Assembly (NCBI GenBank): GCA_963817385.1
Contig: CAWFOM010000002.1
Coordinates: 64,001 to 128,000 of the forward strand
DNA: 64,000 bases
Reading direction: 5' to 3'
Source of the DNA: an uncultured delta proteobacterium
Lineage (GTDB): Bacteria; Desulfobacterota; Syntrophia; Syntrophales; UBA5619
In this document: piece by piece, positions 21,280 to 30,361 of the stretch
How the letters are laid out: each line of letters opens with the position of its first letter
Position numbering within the stretch: the stretch's first letter is position 1
Translations under genes and position numbers: made by a program
The notes under the pieces: model-generated
Database searches by the model: none
The model's input: the letters and a program-made list of their open reading frames with translations, nothing else
Told to the model about the DNA's origin: nothing

Positions 21280-21895
21280 ATGGAAAGAATCGTCGACACC
21301 CGGGGGCTTGCCTGCCCCGAGCCCGTCATCCTGGCGAAAAAGGCTCTGGACGGGGCGAAGGAGGTTGTCGTAATCGTCGACAACGACGAGGCGGTGGAGA
21401 ACATCCGCCGTCTGGCCAACAAGATGGGATGCGCAATCGCCGTGGTGCGGGATACCGACGGCGCCTTCCGCATCCGCCTTACCCGCAGCGGGGAGACGCC
21501 GCCGTACGAAGGAACCGACATCGGAATCGTCTGCGGGACGGCACAAGAGGGCAAGGGCGCTCCCCTGGTCATCGTTCTTTCTTCGGACCGCATGGGAAGG
21601 GGGAATGACGAGCTGGGAGGGGTCCTCATGCGGAGCTTCGTCCACACCCTCCTTACGCTCGAACCGCGGCCGGGGACGATCATCCTGTACAACACCGGGG
21701 TCCGTCTCGCCGGCCGGGAATCGGCGGTCATCGACGATCTCAAGGAGCTCGAAGCGGCAGGGGTGGAGCTCTTCGTCTGCGGAACCTGCGTGAATTACTT
21801 CGATCTCAAGGGAACAACTCGGCGCCGGCGTCGTTTCCAATATGTACGACATCGCCTCCGCGATGACCGGCGCGGGAAAACTGGTCATCCCATGA
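21280..21895 (+). CDS. yedF: Sulfurtransferase-like selenium metabolism protein YedF (TusA + DsrE domains); frameshift near 21820
   Basis: DTRGLACPEPVI, MGRGNDELGGVLM, CGTCVNYF. The true C-terminus GAGVVSNMYDIASAMTGAGKLVIP* is in another frame, with a stop overlapping the next ATG. Confidence 0.85.
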
Positions 21896-22119
21896 ACGAA
21901 GAAATCTCCTGGGAGGTGATCCTGTTTTTGTCGGTTCAGCATGCCCTCCGGGCGGAGAAGCTTCTGAAGGAGGCGGGAATCCCCTGCAAGCTGATCCCGG
22001 TCCCCCGCCACCTGAGCTCGGACTGCGGCGTCTGCCTCCGGTTTGAGCCTCACCTTCGGCCGCGGGTCGAAGCTGCGCTCAGGGACCGCGTCGAGACCGG
22101 GGCTATCCTGCCGCTCTGA
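21892..22119 (+). CDS. DUF3343 putative Se/S carrier protein
   Basis: F.SVQHALRAEKLLK...LIPVPRHLSSDCG signature. Confidence 0.85.
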   Translation: MNEEISWEVILFLSVQHALRAEKLLKEAGIPCKLIPVPRHLSSDCGVCLRFEPHLRPRVEAALRDRVETGAILPL

Positions 22120-22246
22120 CCGCGCGATCCCGGCGGCGCCTCCCCACACGGAAGACATCCCCCCGTGAGAAGAGGCATCCGCCGGCCGCTCCTTGCCGGG
22201 AGGTCCCATGCGGCGATCGGGGATGAGAAACGCAAGCGAGGGGCCG

Positions 22247-22666
22247 TTACCGGTGCGTCGCGTGCTCCTTCTTCCGATAGGCCATCCCCTCGAAGAGGGC
22301 GATAAGATTCCCTGCGGAATCGGTGATCCGGATGGCGTAGGCGGCGATCTTCGGCCCGCAGGATACCTCCTCGGCCTCTGCGAAGAGGACTTCCCCCTCG
22401 GTCGCCTTGAGGTATGAGATCGAACAGTGGATCGCCACGGCGGCCCGCCCCCGAGAATTGACGGCCGCCGCGAAGGCCAGATCCGCCAAGGCGAAGATCG
22501 CGCCGCCATGGACGAGGCCGAGGCCGTTTCGGTGATGATCTTTAAGCTCGAGGCGGGCCCTGGCCCGGCCTTCACCCGCATCGAGCAGTTCGATGCCGAC
22601 AAACCTCGCAAAGAGATCCCGCCGGAAAAACTCTTTCAGTGCATCTTGGGTGAGCTCTTCGGTCAC
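22247..22666 (-). CDS. PaaI-family hotdog-fold thioesterase
   Basis: HRNGLGLVHGGAIFALADLAFAAAVNS. Confidence 0.92.
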   Translation of the reverse strand: MTEELTQDALKEFFRRDLFARFVGIELLDAGEGRARARLELKDHHRNGLGLVHGGAIFALADLAFAAAVNSRGRAAVAIHCSISYLKATEGEVLFAEAEEVSCGPKIAAYAIRITDSAGNLIALFEGMAYRKKEHATHR

Positions 22667-22708
22667 GGTTCCCCCTCCTCATTTGTGGAAGCCATTTTCC
22701 CTCTTTAG

Positions 22709-23245
22709 CTACGGGGCAAGATTGTAGGCCAGCGGGTCGAAGGGGGAACCCGCCGGGTAGACCCGGGTCGCCAACTCGCGGTCGAGCATGAAAAGCCCCT
22801 CCTTGCTGTTACCGATCATCTCCATCTGGCGGCTGATCTTGTCCGTATTGCTCTCCTCCTCGATCTGCTCATTGAGAAACCAGTTCAGCAGGGGCTCCGC
22901 CGTGTAGTCGTTCTCCTTCCGGGCAATCTTGATCAGGGAGTGGATCTTGCCCGTGATGAACTGCTCGTGGGCATAGGCATCCTTCCAGGGCTCCAGCGGG
23001 TTCTTCCAGCTCGTTTTGAGCTGCTTGAGGTCCTGGAGGAGCACGGAAGCCCCCCGGCTGGTCAGGTGATCGAAGAACTTCATTGCGTGGATCGTCTCCT
23101 CGTGGACCTGGACACGCAGCCAATGGGCCATCCCGTCCAGATTCCTGGCGTGGAAATAACCCACCATCGACAGATAGATATAGGCGGATTCCAGTTCAAG
23201 TTTAACCTGATCATTAATCGCGTCAAACATCTTTTTACTGATCAT
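22709..23245 (-). CDS. ftnA: Non-heme ferritin
   Basis: ELESAYIYLSM, EETIHAMK, HEQFIT, WFLNEQIEEE ferroxidase residues. Start MISKK after an AAGGAG RBS. Confidence 0.92.
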   Translation of the reverse strand: MISKKMFDAINDQVKLELESAYIYLSMVGYFHARNLDGMAHWLRVQVHEETIHAMKFFDHLTSRGASVLLQDLKQLKTSWKNPLEPWKDAYAHEQFITGKIHSLIKIARKENDYTAEPLLNWFLNEQIEEESNTDKISRQMEMIGNSKEGLFMLDRELATRVYPAGSPFDPLAYNLAP

Positions 23246-23492
23246 GGAAATGTCTCCTTTCATCCTTCAGAACTGTATTGTTTGCCTTCACATTGCTCCG
23301 GCATTCTGCCCTGCACGCCTTCCGCACCATCTGTAAGAAGAGTAAAGAAAACCGCCCCCATTTGTCAACGACAAAAGGGGGAGATGAATCTTTCCCTTGA
23401 AAATAAACTCTTCTTGAAATATACTCACATATTATTGGCAATGTATCGGCCAAGGGAAAATAAACGGAAATTTACGGAAAGGAGGTGAGACA

Positions 23493-23834
23493 GTGGGCAA
23501 CAAATTCTGGAGAATTTTACTCGTCAGCATCTGCATCATATGTTTTGCGACCCTGAACATGGCCTTCGCCCAAAAGAAAGTCGGCGGGGGGGATATCAAA
23601 TATGAATCCAAGACCCAGGGAGCGGTCCTCTTCAGCCATGAATCGCACGTCAATACGCATAAGACAAAGTGCACGGACTGCCACTCGAAACCGAAAATCT
23701 TCACGATGAAGAAAGAAGTGAAGATTACCAAGGCTGACCATAGCGCGGCCAAGTATTGCGCAGTCTGCCACGACGGTAAGAAGGCCTTTGGAACAACGGT
23801 TGAAGCCGATTGCGCCAAGTGCCACAAGAAGTAA
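23493..23834 (+). CDS. Periplasmic triheme cytochrome c7-type (PpcA/GSU1996-domain-like)
   Basis: Signal peptide, FSHESH, and three heme motifs CTDCH, CAVCH(DGKKAF), CAKCH. GTG start with AGGAGGTG RBS. TTGAAA-N17-TATACT at 23397-23425. Confidence 0.9.
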   Translation: MGNKFWRILLVSICIICFATLNMAFAQKKVGGGDIKYESKTQGAVLFSHESHVNTHKTKCTDCHSKPKIFTMKKEVKITKADHSAAKYCAVCHDGKKAFGTTVEADCAKCHKK

Positions 23835-23858
23835 TATTTTACCGGGTTTCCGAACACC

Positions 23859-23895
23859 AACTGGCGTTGGGCCGAGCCTCAACGCCAGTTTTTTT
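23859..23895 (+). terminator. Intrinsic terminator after the c7 cytochrome
   Basis: AACTGGCGTTG / CAACGCCAGTT stem followed by a T-run. Confidence 0.8.
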
Positions 23896-23965
23896 ACCCT
23901 TTACTTTATGTCCCTCATGTGGCATAAAGCGCAGGAGTTTTATAACGAAATCATGAGGTAAAAAA

Positions 23966-24652
23966 ATGGAAAAAATGGAATGTCTCCACTGCGGCAGCCC
24001 CCTGGGAAACGGCGTGGCGGTCTGCGGAGAATGCGGCAAGGAAGTAATCGATCAGGAGAAGAGCGCCCCCCAGGAAGAGCCGCAGCAGAGCGGGAAGAAA
24101 ATCTATGCCATCCTCGCCATTTTTCTGGTTGTGGTGGGAGGCGCGGCCCTGCTGATGTTCACCGGCCTTCTCCCCAATCCCCTCAAGGGCGGTTCGACGG
24201 CAGCCATTGTTAACGGTGAAAAGATATCCACGGCAGATGTGGACCAGAAAGTTGAGGTCTATAAGAAAATGTCCGGGCAGGGGGGCAAGATGGATTTTTC
24301 CAGCCCCGAGGGGAAAAAGGCCTTGGCGGGTATGAGAATGCAGATCCTGGATACAATGATTCAGGAGAAAATACTGATGACCGAGGCGATCAAAGACAAG
24401 ATCACCGTCTCCCCCCAGGATATCGCCGACCGGATCAGTGCGATAAAGAAAGGGATGAATCTATCCGATAAGGATTTCGAGGCGTTTCTGAAAAGTCACA
24501 ACATGAGCATGCCCAGCTTTGAAAAACGGCTCGAAAGGGATCTTTTAATCAGCAAGCTTCTCGCCAAAGGCACGCAAGAGAAGGGCATAACCAAGGATGC
24601 GTTGCTTCAGGAGCTCAATGCGCGGGCCAAGGTCGAGATCCTGCTCAAATAG
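23966..24652 (+). CDS. Zinc-ribbon + TM + SurA N-terminal-like chaperone domain protein
   Basis: CLHCG...CGECG, one TM, then AAIVNGEKIS...ILDTMIQEKIL...FEAFLK...AKVEIL. No PPIase domain. Confidence 0.75.
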   Translation: MEKMECLHCGSPLGNGVAVCGECGKEVIDQEKSAPQEEPQQSGKKIYAILAIFLVVVGGAALLMFTGLLPNPLKGGSTAAIVNGEKISTADVDQKVEVYKKMSGQGGKMDFSSPEGKKALAGMRMQILDTMIQEKILMTEAIKDKITVSPQDIADRISAIKKGMNLSDKDFEAFLKSHNMSMPSFEKRLERDLLISKLLAKGTQEKGITKDALLQELNARAKVEILLK

Positions 24653-24699
24653 AGTCCACTCCATCGGTCAGCATGCGGGGGAGAAGGAGGCCCGCTTTC

Positions 24700-25155
24700 T
24701 CAGCCATCCCTGTCGCCTTTCTCCTGCCTGGCCGCTCTTTCGTTGAGGAGCGTCAACATTTCCCGTTCCCTCGCGATCTCTTCCGAGCAGTATATCCACA
24801 GGTGATAGTTCTCCAGCCCAAAGATGGTCGCCCCTGCCGCAAACACGGCCCAGAAGTTCTCCGGGAGTTTGCCGGAAAAATGGTAGAAAAAATAGAAGCC
24901 GGCGAGATAACCCACGTGGCCGATGCCGCTGTACCTGCCTGACCCGCTCATCATCCGCGACAGGATAAGGATGATGGCGGAAAATATGTACAGCAGAAGT
25001 ACGGCACTGATCATGTTTACGGAAGGGGGGGTTCCCAGAATCGTGCGGATGTGATCAGGCAGAGAGGGAAAAAAAGAAAAATCGTTCAGCGCCGCCATGC
25101 TCAGAAGAAGGAAGAGAGCCGTGGCCAGAAGCTCTGCCGTCATCGTTTTGTGCAT
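24700..25155 (-). CDS. Multi-TM inner membrane protein, resembling small membrane subunits annotated with Geobacter menaquinol oxidoreductase complexes; start uncertain
   Basis: Hydrophobic segments, LGTPP, FSAIILILSRM, GHVGYLAGFY, ENFWAVF. The family resemblance is from memory only. May start at 25261 via a frameshift. Confidence 0.5.
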   Translation of the reverse strand: MHKTMTAELLATALFLLLSMAALNDFSFFPSLPDHIRTILGTPPSVNMISAVLLLYIFSAIILILSRMMSGSGRYSGIGHVGYLAGFYFFYHFSGKLPENFWAVFAAGATIFGLENYHLWIYCSEEIAREREMLTLLNERAARQEKGDRDG

Positions 25156-25242
25156 ATGACGGATGTTGTCCAGCGTTTCCTTCCGGATTCGGTTCGGGAT
25201 TTTGGCTGAAGTCCGGTGTTTCCTTTTCGTCTCCCAGGCGAG

Positions 25243-26064
25243 TTACTCCCCTTTTTTCCATTTTGCCGTGTCCCGCCGGATGCCGTTCAATTCCCTGACA
25301 ATACTCCTGATATTGCCGGATAGTTTTTCAATTTCCGTCCCCCCGCGAGGGATCTCCTGATCAATCCCCTGAATGGTCTTTTCGGTGAATTCGACAAGTG
25401 AATTCAACGGGATGAAGACGTATCGCCTGAGAAGGGCAGCCACGCCCCCGACCGTTACCAGAAGAACCATGATGCTGAAGATGATCATTCGGCTTCTCAT
25501 GACCGCAAGATTGTTGACCAGGGGCGCGGCGGACAGGCCGATATCCAGGGTGCCCAGGATCTTCTGTTCCGCCGTATGGACGTGACAGGCAGCTTGGTAG
25601 CAGCTCGGTTCATTGTAGATGGGGGCGGTAATGGCGATGACATCCCTCCCCTTGTCGTTGACAAAGCGGCGAGCCTGCTTCATGTCACCCAGGCTGGCGG
25701 CGGGGACGGGGCCGCTGTGGCATTCGATGCAGCCCGCGGCGTTTTTGTCCAGGAGCCTCCCCGTTTCACCGTGGTCACTGGAAAACATGATGAGCCCCTT
25801 CTTGTTGAAGATCCGCACATGTTCGACACTCTCCTGGGTTCCGATGTTATCGATGATGTTGCCCAGGGATTCCCGGTCGTCATGCAGCATCGCGTACCGG
25901 GTCGACTTGATGATAGTGCTCGCCTGGTTGGTTTCATACCGTATCACGTCGTTCGTCATATCCGTCTTCATGATCGCATACAGAAGAATGCAGCAGACGA
26001 TGACGAAGCCCGTCACAGACACCGTGACTGGAATGATGGCCCGGGCGGTCAATGATTTAAGCAT
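25243..26064 (-). CDS. Membrane-anchored periplasmic heme-c sensor protein with no output domain
   Basis: TM1, periplasmic domain (VRIFNKKG, CIECH, PIYNEPSCYQAACH, ILGTLD), TM2, short HAMP-like tail, stop. Confidence 0.8.
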   Translation of the reverse strand: MLKSLTARAIIPVTVSVTGFVIVCCILLYAIMKTDMTNDVIRYETNQASTIIKSTRYAMLHDDRESLGNIIDNIGTQESVEHVRIFNKKGLIMFSSDHGETGRLLDKNAAGCIECHSGPVPAASLGDMKQARRFVNDKGRDVIAITAPIYNEPSCYQAACHVHTAEQKILGTLDIGLSAAPLVNNLAVMRSRMIIFSIMVLLVTVGGVAALLRRYVFIPLNSLVEFTEKTIQGIDQEIPRGGTEIEKLSGNIRSIVRELNGIRRDTAKWKKGE

Positions 26065-26295
26065 ATACGTCCTCCTATCGAACTACCACTCACCTTCCCT
26101 ATGCAGAATTGCGGCGCCTGATCGGCCGTTTGTGGCTATTGTTGGCGGCGGTATTCTATCAGGCCGGTCTGCAATGATCATAACGCCTTCCGGGACGGTA
26201 TTATAAGCAAGCCGGCCTTACTTGCAAAGAGAAATCTATTTTTACTTTACGGAACCAACCGTACACTAACGGACGTTTCTGCGGGACAGCGTAAG

Positions 26296-26324
26296 AAAAA
26301 GGCGGACCCCGAAGAGTCCGCCTT
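26296..26324 (-). terminator. Intrinsic terminator downstream of decaheme cytochrome 1
   Basis: AAGGCGGAC / GTCCGCCTT stem with a T-run on the minus strand. Confidence 0.65.
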
Positions 26325-26422
26325 GGTTTATGGATCCGCCTCATGGAAAGGCGGGGGTTGAAAGAATGTAAGCTGAGCGGGCCTTGCGGCCCGCTCACAT
26401 GCACGAAATTTGAACCCGATTA

Positions 26423-28564
26423 CTATTTTCCACCATTCTGCAAGAAGTGGTCAATTGCACCCGGTTTATCTGCATGACAGCCGATACAGGCTCTTTCAGA
26501 CACACCGGCGGCCTTAAACGCGGTGCTGGTCGAGGTGTGGCAGGTGATGCAGCGTGGTGCTCCTGTTGCCGTCACAAGACCTGTTGTTGCGTCTCTGCCG
26601 GATGGCATACCCTGCGGGTAGGTGATTGCCGTCCAATCGATATCCAGCAGATCGCCTTTCATGGAAGCGGAATGGATGGCATGCACCCGGTTGTCAATGG
26701 GATCCGCATGATTGCCCGACTTATCATGGCAGGAGATACACTCATCCGTGTCAAAGACGACGGAGTGGCGGGCGTTATGGGCTTCCAAGGTTCCGGTGCC
26801 GTGGCAATCCACACAGGCATTGCCGGAAAGTTTTTGCTCCGCCGTGGCCGTGCCGATCTGGATGGTCTTAAATGCGGTTGAATCAATCTTGTAGTCAGTA
26901 TCGGCTTTATAGCCGTAATTCGCGGCGATGAACCGAACCATGTAGGTACCGCTCGTCATGCCGGCAGGGATTGCCGTCAGCTTGTACTTGAAGCCTGTCG
27001 AATCGGTGAGGACCTGGGCATCCGTGGTGGTCACAAACAAGGGTTGGGCCTGGGTCGGAACACCTGCGGCAGAAAGGGTAGCTGCAGACTTGGTCAATAC
27101 CGGTTTGGCATTGGCGCGGGGACCGTAGACATAGAGTGATGCCTTGCTGAGGCTACCAGCGACAAAGGTCCCGGCCGCATGCTTCGCAGCGGTGTACAGT
27201 GTGCCGGGGACAGCCACGCTGGTTGCCTTGTCCTTCAAGGTCACGGTGACCGTCGGGGCTTCGCCGGTTACATAGTGCGTGCCGTTTGCCGGAGCGGTGA
27301 TGGTCATCGTAGCGACGTACTCCGGTACATCCTTGGCGGCGTGTGTGACCGCATGTGCTTCGGTAACGCTCTTACCAAACCCAGTCCCGGTAGCCGGGTG
27401 ACAGACAGTACACGCGGGCGAATCACCGCCGGGGTGGCCTGTAGGGAAGCCTTCGTGGCAGCTGCCGCAGATCTCGGCAGTCGGATTGTTCTTCCAGTTG
27501 TCGATCTTGTCGCCGGCGCCCAGAGTCTTGCCGCTGGCGGTATGACAGACGACGCAGTCATTGATCGGCTGAGGATAGGTGACATCCTTATAGCCGGCGC
27601 CCAGGATCCGGGTCGGGAACTCGGGGACGTCGATTGCGGCATGAATCTCGTGAATGAATTTAGGCAGGTAGACAGCCTTTGCTGCGGTGCCTGACAACGG
27701 GGAGTGGCACATTACGCAAGCCAGGGTATCCCGGTAGCTGCTGCCGTGGGCTGCTCCATTCAATTGCGGGCCGTGACATTTCTGACAGGCCTCGATGGTA
27801 ACATACTGATTTTGGGGGTTTGCAAGTGCCACAGCAGTAGCGCCCGGCGCAGGAACGTTAAAATCAAGGATACCGGCAGCGTTGCCAACGCCTGCTACAG
27901 TGCTGGTTACCCGTATATACAAGCGCTGGGGGTGAGCAGAATTATAGTCAGTGTTAACAGATGGATTAGTTCGTGGATTAGTTGCTGATGGGACTCCTGT
28001 AAGTGATGTAGATTTGACCCCGAAGACTTTCGGGAATGTGAAGCTATAATTGCCGCTACCTAAGTCAGTAAAATTGGGTTGAAAAGATTCATAGGCCCAG
28101 GTCTGAAAGTAGGGGCTACCATACGTGTTCGTTCCGGTGTTGGCGGGGACCTGATCGGCAATATAAAACGCCACATCGCCACCCGCGGTCCCCGTGCCTT
28201 TCGTGATCGCGTATGCGGCCGTACCATTTTTAACAGTGAACGTAACCATTGGTTCACCGGTGGCAGTTGCCGACACGACAATATTCGATACGGTCAGGTT
28301 TTTCTCATTCAACCTTGGTTTGGTGCGCGTATTAGTCGCCGTGTCCAAGGTAAAACCGTGCATTATCTCGACACTCGCCACATCATTCGCGTTGTGGCAG
28401 ACCTTACAGGATTCTTCGGTAAGGGTCACGGGACCTGCCGGGCCTGTTGCGCCAGTGGCGCCTGCGGCACCGTCGCTGCCGCCGCTGCAACCGCTCAGCG
28501 CGAGTGCGGCAACGGCAAGAAATGAGATAATAATGCCAATTTTTTTCCACTGCTTACCTTTCAT
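26423..28564 (-). CDS. OmcA/MtrC-related decaheme c-type cytochrome lipoprotein 1 (heme layout 1+5+4)
   Basis: Lipobox LSGC and Gly-X-X linker. Ten CxxCH: CKVCH, CQKCH, CVMCH, CVVCH, CGSCH, CTVCH, CVDCH, CISCH, CITCH, CIGCH. Also FIHEIH, YPQ, DNWK. Confidence 0.9.
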   Translation of the reverse strand: MKGKQWKKIGIIISFLAVAALALSGCSGGSDGAAGATGATGPAGPVTLTEESCKVCHNANDVASVEIMHGFTLDTATNTRTKPRLNEKNLTVSNIVVSATATGEPMVTFTVKNGTAAYAITKGTGTAGGDVAFYIADQVPANTGTNTYGSPYFQTWAYESFQPNFTDLGSGNYSFTFPKVFGVKSTSLTGVPSATNPRTNPSVNTDYNSAHPQRLYIRVTSTVAGVGNAAGILDFNVPAPGATAVALANPQNQYVTIEACQKCHGPQLNGAAHGSSYRDTLACVMCHSPLSGTAAKAVYLPKFIHEIHAAIDVPEFPTRILGAGYKDVTYPQPINDCVVCHTASGKTLGAGDKIDNWKNNPTAEICGSCHEGFPTGHPGGDSPACTVCHPATGTGFGKSVTEAHAVTHAAKDVPEYVATMTITAPANGTHYVTGEAPTVTVTLKDKATSVAVPGTLYTAAKHAAGTFVAGSLSKASLYVYGPRANAKPVLTKSAATLSAAGVPTQAQPLFVTTTDAQVLTDSTGFKYKLTAIPAGMTSGTYMVRFIAANYGYKADTDYKIDSTAFKTIQIGTATAEQKLSGNACVDCHGTGTLEAHNARHSVVFDTDECISCHDKSGNHADPIDNRVHAIHSASMKGDLLDIDWTAITYPQGMPSGRDATTGLVTATGAPRCITCHTSTSTAFKAAGVSERACIGCHADKPGAIDHFLQNGGK

Positions 28565-28710
28565 ATGACACCCTCCTTATTAAGAAAATCACCCCATTTA
28601 ACTGTCTCATCGGTTGCTTCTGAACAACCACCGACACTCCGCGAAGCCCTATCACATTGAGAAAATATTTACAACGACAATTATGCATTTTTTATAAAAA
28701 TTTTATACAC

Positions 28711-28726
28711 AGCGATAAATGTTCCA
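28711..28726 (-). promoter_or_regulatory. sigma54 -24/-12 promoter, proximal copy, for cytochrome 1
   Basis: Minus strand TGGAACATTTATCGCT (GG-N10-GC). Confidence 0.6.
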
Positions 28727-28823
28727 TGACCGTGGATATATTAATGTTTATATAATCAACCCCGAGCGGAAATGGAGTGCCGCACTCTGCAATGATGCAT
28801 TTTGCAAAAAAAAATTTATACAC

Positions 28824-28839
28824 CGCAACAAATGTTCCA
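28824..28839 (-). promoter_or_regulatory. sigma54 -24/-12 promoter, distal copy, for cytochrome 1
   Basis: Minus strand TGGAACATTTGTTGCG (GG-N10-GC with TTGC). Confidence 0.72.
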
Positions 28840-29158
28840 TAACCACCGAAATATAATGGTTTATATGATCAACACCCAGTAAAAATGGATTGTCGCACCC
28901 TTCAATGGCAAACGATAATATCGCCGATCTTCATACCGCCAATTGCCGAGGCGAGGAGGTGAAAAATCACAGCATATGTTTGGCCGGCTTCTCAAACCGG
29001 CGGAACATAAATACCTTGAAAAAAATATCCACCTGATCTACCCTCCGGCGATTGGAATTGATATTTGCTATTTTTACCCCTCATGACGACGCGAGGGTTC
29101 AGAGGCGCGATCCCGGATAACATAAAACCATTACAGGTTCGATTTGCGGAGAGAAATA

Positions 29159-29623
29159 ATGAGACGAAATAGAATGTTTTTGATGATGATGGCAGGAATG
29201 GTATGCATGCTTCTCGTATCCTGCAGCGACAAGAAAACCGACGGGAAAGCTGACCGGTGGATTCATTATGGAACGTCAACGGATGGTAGCCAAAAGCATT
29301 ACGATAAACAAAGTATTACCACGGTAAGTCCGAAGGTTGTCAAAGTATGGGATAGGACAAAACTATCACCGGACGCAAAAAATAAAGTCATCGAACAGCG
29401 AAAGAAATCCCAATTGCCGACGGACGGCTGGGAAAAATTAGATAACGTTCGACTTCTTCGGGAGATGGACTGTGCTAATCATACGTACAAAATAGTTAAG
29501 GTTGAAGATTATAATGAGAGCGGAAGTATAATATACGAAGCCGACTATCCAAATCCGAAAGGAGAAAATATTCCGCCCGGGACAACGATTGATTCACTTC
29601 TGAAGGAAGTTTGTCCGAAGTAA
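29159..29623 (+). CDS. Lipoprotein, surface-adhesin E family-like
   Basis: Lipobox LVSC; WIHYG...YDKQSI...VKVW...EMDC...IPPGT...LLKEVC pattern. Noticeably AT-rich. Confidence 0.7.
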   Translation: MRRNRMFLMMMAGMVCMLLVSCSDKKTDGKADRWIHYGTSTDGSQKHYDKQSITTVSPKVVKVWDRTKLSPDAKNKVIEQRKKSQLPTDGWEKLDNVRLLREMDCANHTYKIVKVEDYNESGSIIYEADYPNPKGENIPPGTTIDSLLKEVCPK

Positions 29624-29649
29624 CCGTTACCGCCTGAACCGACGCCGGA

Positions 29650-30015
29650 TCAGGCGGTCTCCTCGATGATTCTGCGGGCGAGCATTTTTACCTGGAGCAG
29701 GTCGAAGGGCTTGGTGATGAACATATAGGCGTCCTTTTCGATGCTTTCCTGCATGGCGTTGTTAACGACTCCCGCCGTCATAACGATCACTTTAGTTTGG
29801 GGGGATACTTCTTTGATCTTTTTCAACACTTCCACACCGTCCAGATCGGGCAGGCAAAGGTCGAGAAAACAGAGCTGGTAGGCGGAAGAAGCGATCTCCA
29901 GCAGTGCCGAATTTCCCGTTTCTACCGTCTTGATCTCCGTGGATGCGGTTTGCAGTGCTTTGTCGAATCCCTGGAGAAAGAAACTATCATCGTCAACAAC
30001 AAGAATCTTCTTCAT
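29650..30015 (-). CDS. Single-domain response regulator (receiver only)
   Basis: ILVVDDD, FLDLCLPDLDG, VIVMTA, FITKPF. Confidence 0.92.
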   Translation of the reverse strand: MKKILVVDDDSFFLQGFDKALQTASTEIKTVETGNSALLEIASSAYQLCFLDLCLPDLDGVEVLKKIKEVSPQTKVIVMTAGVVNNAMQESIEKDAYMFITKPFDLLQVKMLARRIIEETA

Positions 30016-30148
30016 TACCGCAAATCACCGCCCGATGCTGCATCGCGTTTTCACGCTTGGCTTCAGATGCTCTCAATCCTCATTCCACCAACCCCTTCTC
30101 CGCGACGATAGGGGATAACGATTCCTGCAATACCTGCATTCAAAATAA

Positions 30149-30164
30149 CGCAACTACTATGCCA
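30149..30164 (-). promoter_or_regulatory. sigma54 promoter for the single-domain response regulator
   Basis: Minus strand TGGCATAGTAGTTGCG. Confidence 0.75.
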
Positions 30165-30252
30165 CACCCCGCGAAGAGAACAAATGTCCTTTTCTTCATG
30201 GGGGTTGTGAGTGGGCCGTATCGCCGCAATCACTGCGGCGGATGGAGATGTA

Positions 30253-30287
30253 TGGTGATATCACCAAGCGAGGTGGTGATATCACCA
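30253..30287. promoter_or_regulatory. Twin perfect palindromes, putative enhancer (UAS) for a sigma54 activator
   Basis: TGGTGATATCACCA at 30253-30266 and 30274-30287, 21 bp apart, between two divergent sigma54 promoters. Confidence 0.8.
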
Positions 30288-30361
30288 GGTGCCTTTCCGT
30301 GCAGCCACGGGTCGCTATTTATAATAGGCCGGTTCCATTGAGTTTTCTTCATGAACGATAA

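Larger units (their letters stand above)
28683..28907. repeat. Degenerate tandem duplication of a 112/113-bp AT-rich unit (28683-28794, 28795-28907)
   Basis: Both units read ATGCATTTT...TTTATACAC.GC.A.AAATGTTCCAT.ACC...GTTTATAT.ATCAAC...AAATGGA.TG.CGCAC.CT.CAATG. Confidence 0.9.

Noticed and set aside
21280..22119. Apparent YedF-DUF3343 fusion
   Set aside because: The conserved YedF end (VSNMYDI) is in another frame with a stop overlapping the DUF3343 ATG, so it is an indel artefact.
20069..22119. Selenocysteine read-through in the selenium-associated cluster
   Set aside because: The active-site positions are Cys codons, and the breaks are frameshifts rather than in-frame TGA.
28683..28907. 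Possible CRISPR array or small mobile element
   Set aside because: Only two long degenerate units, with no repeat-spacer pattern, terminal inverted repeats or cas/transposase gene. Promoter duplication explains it better.
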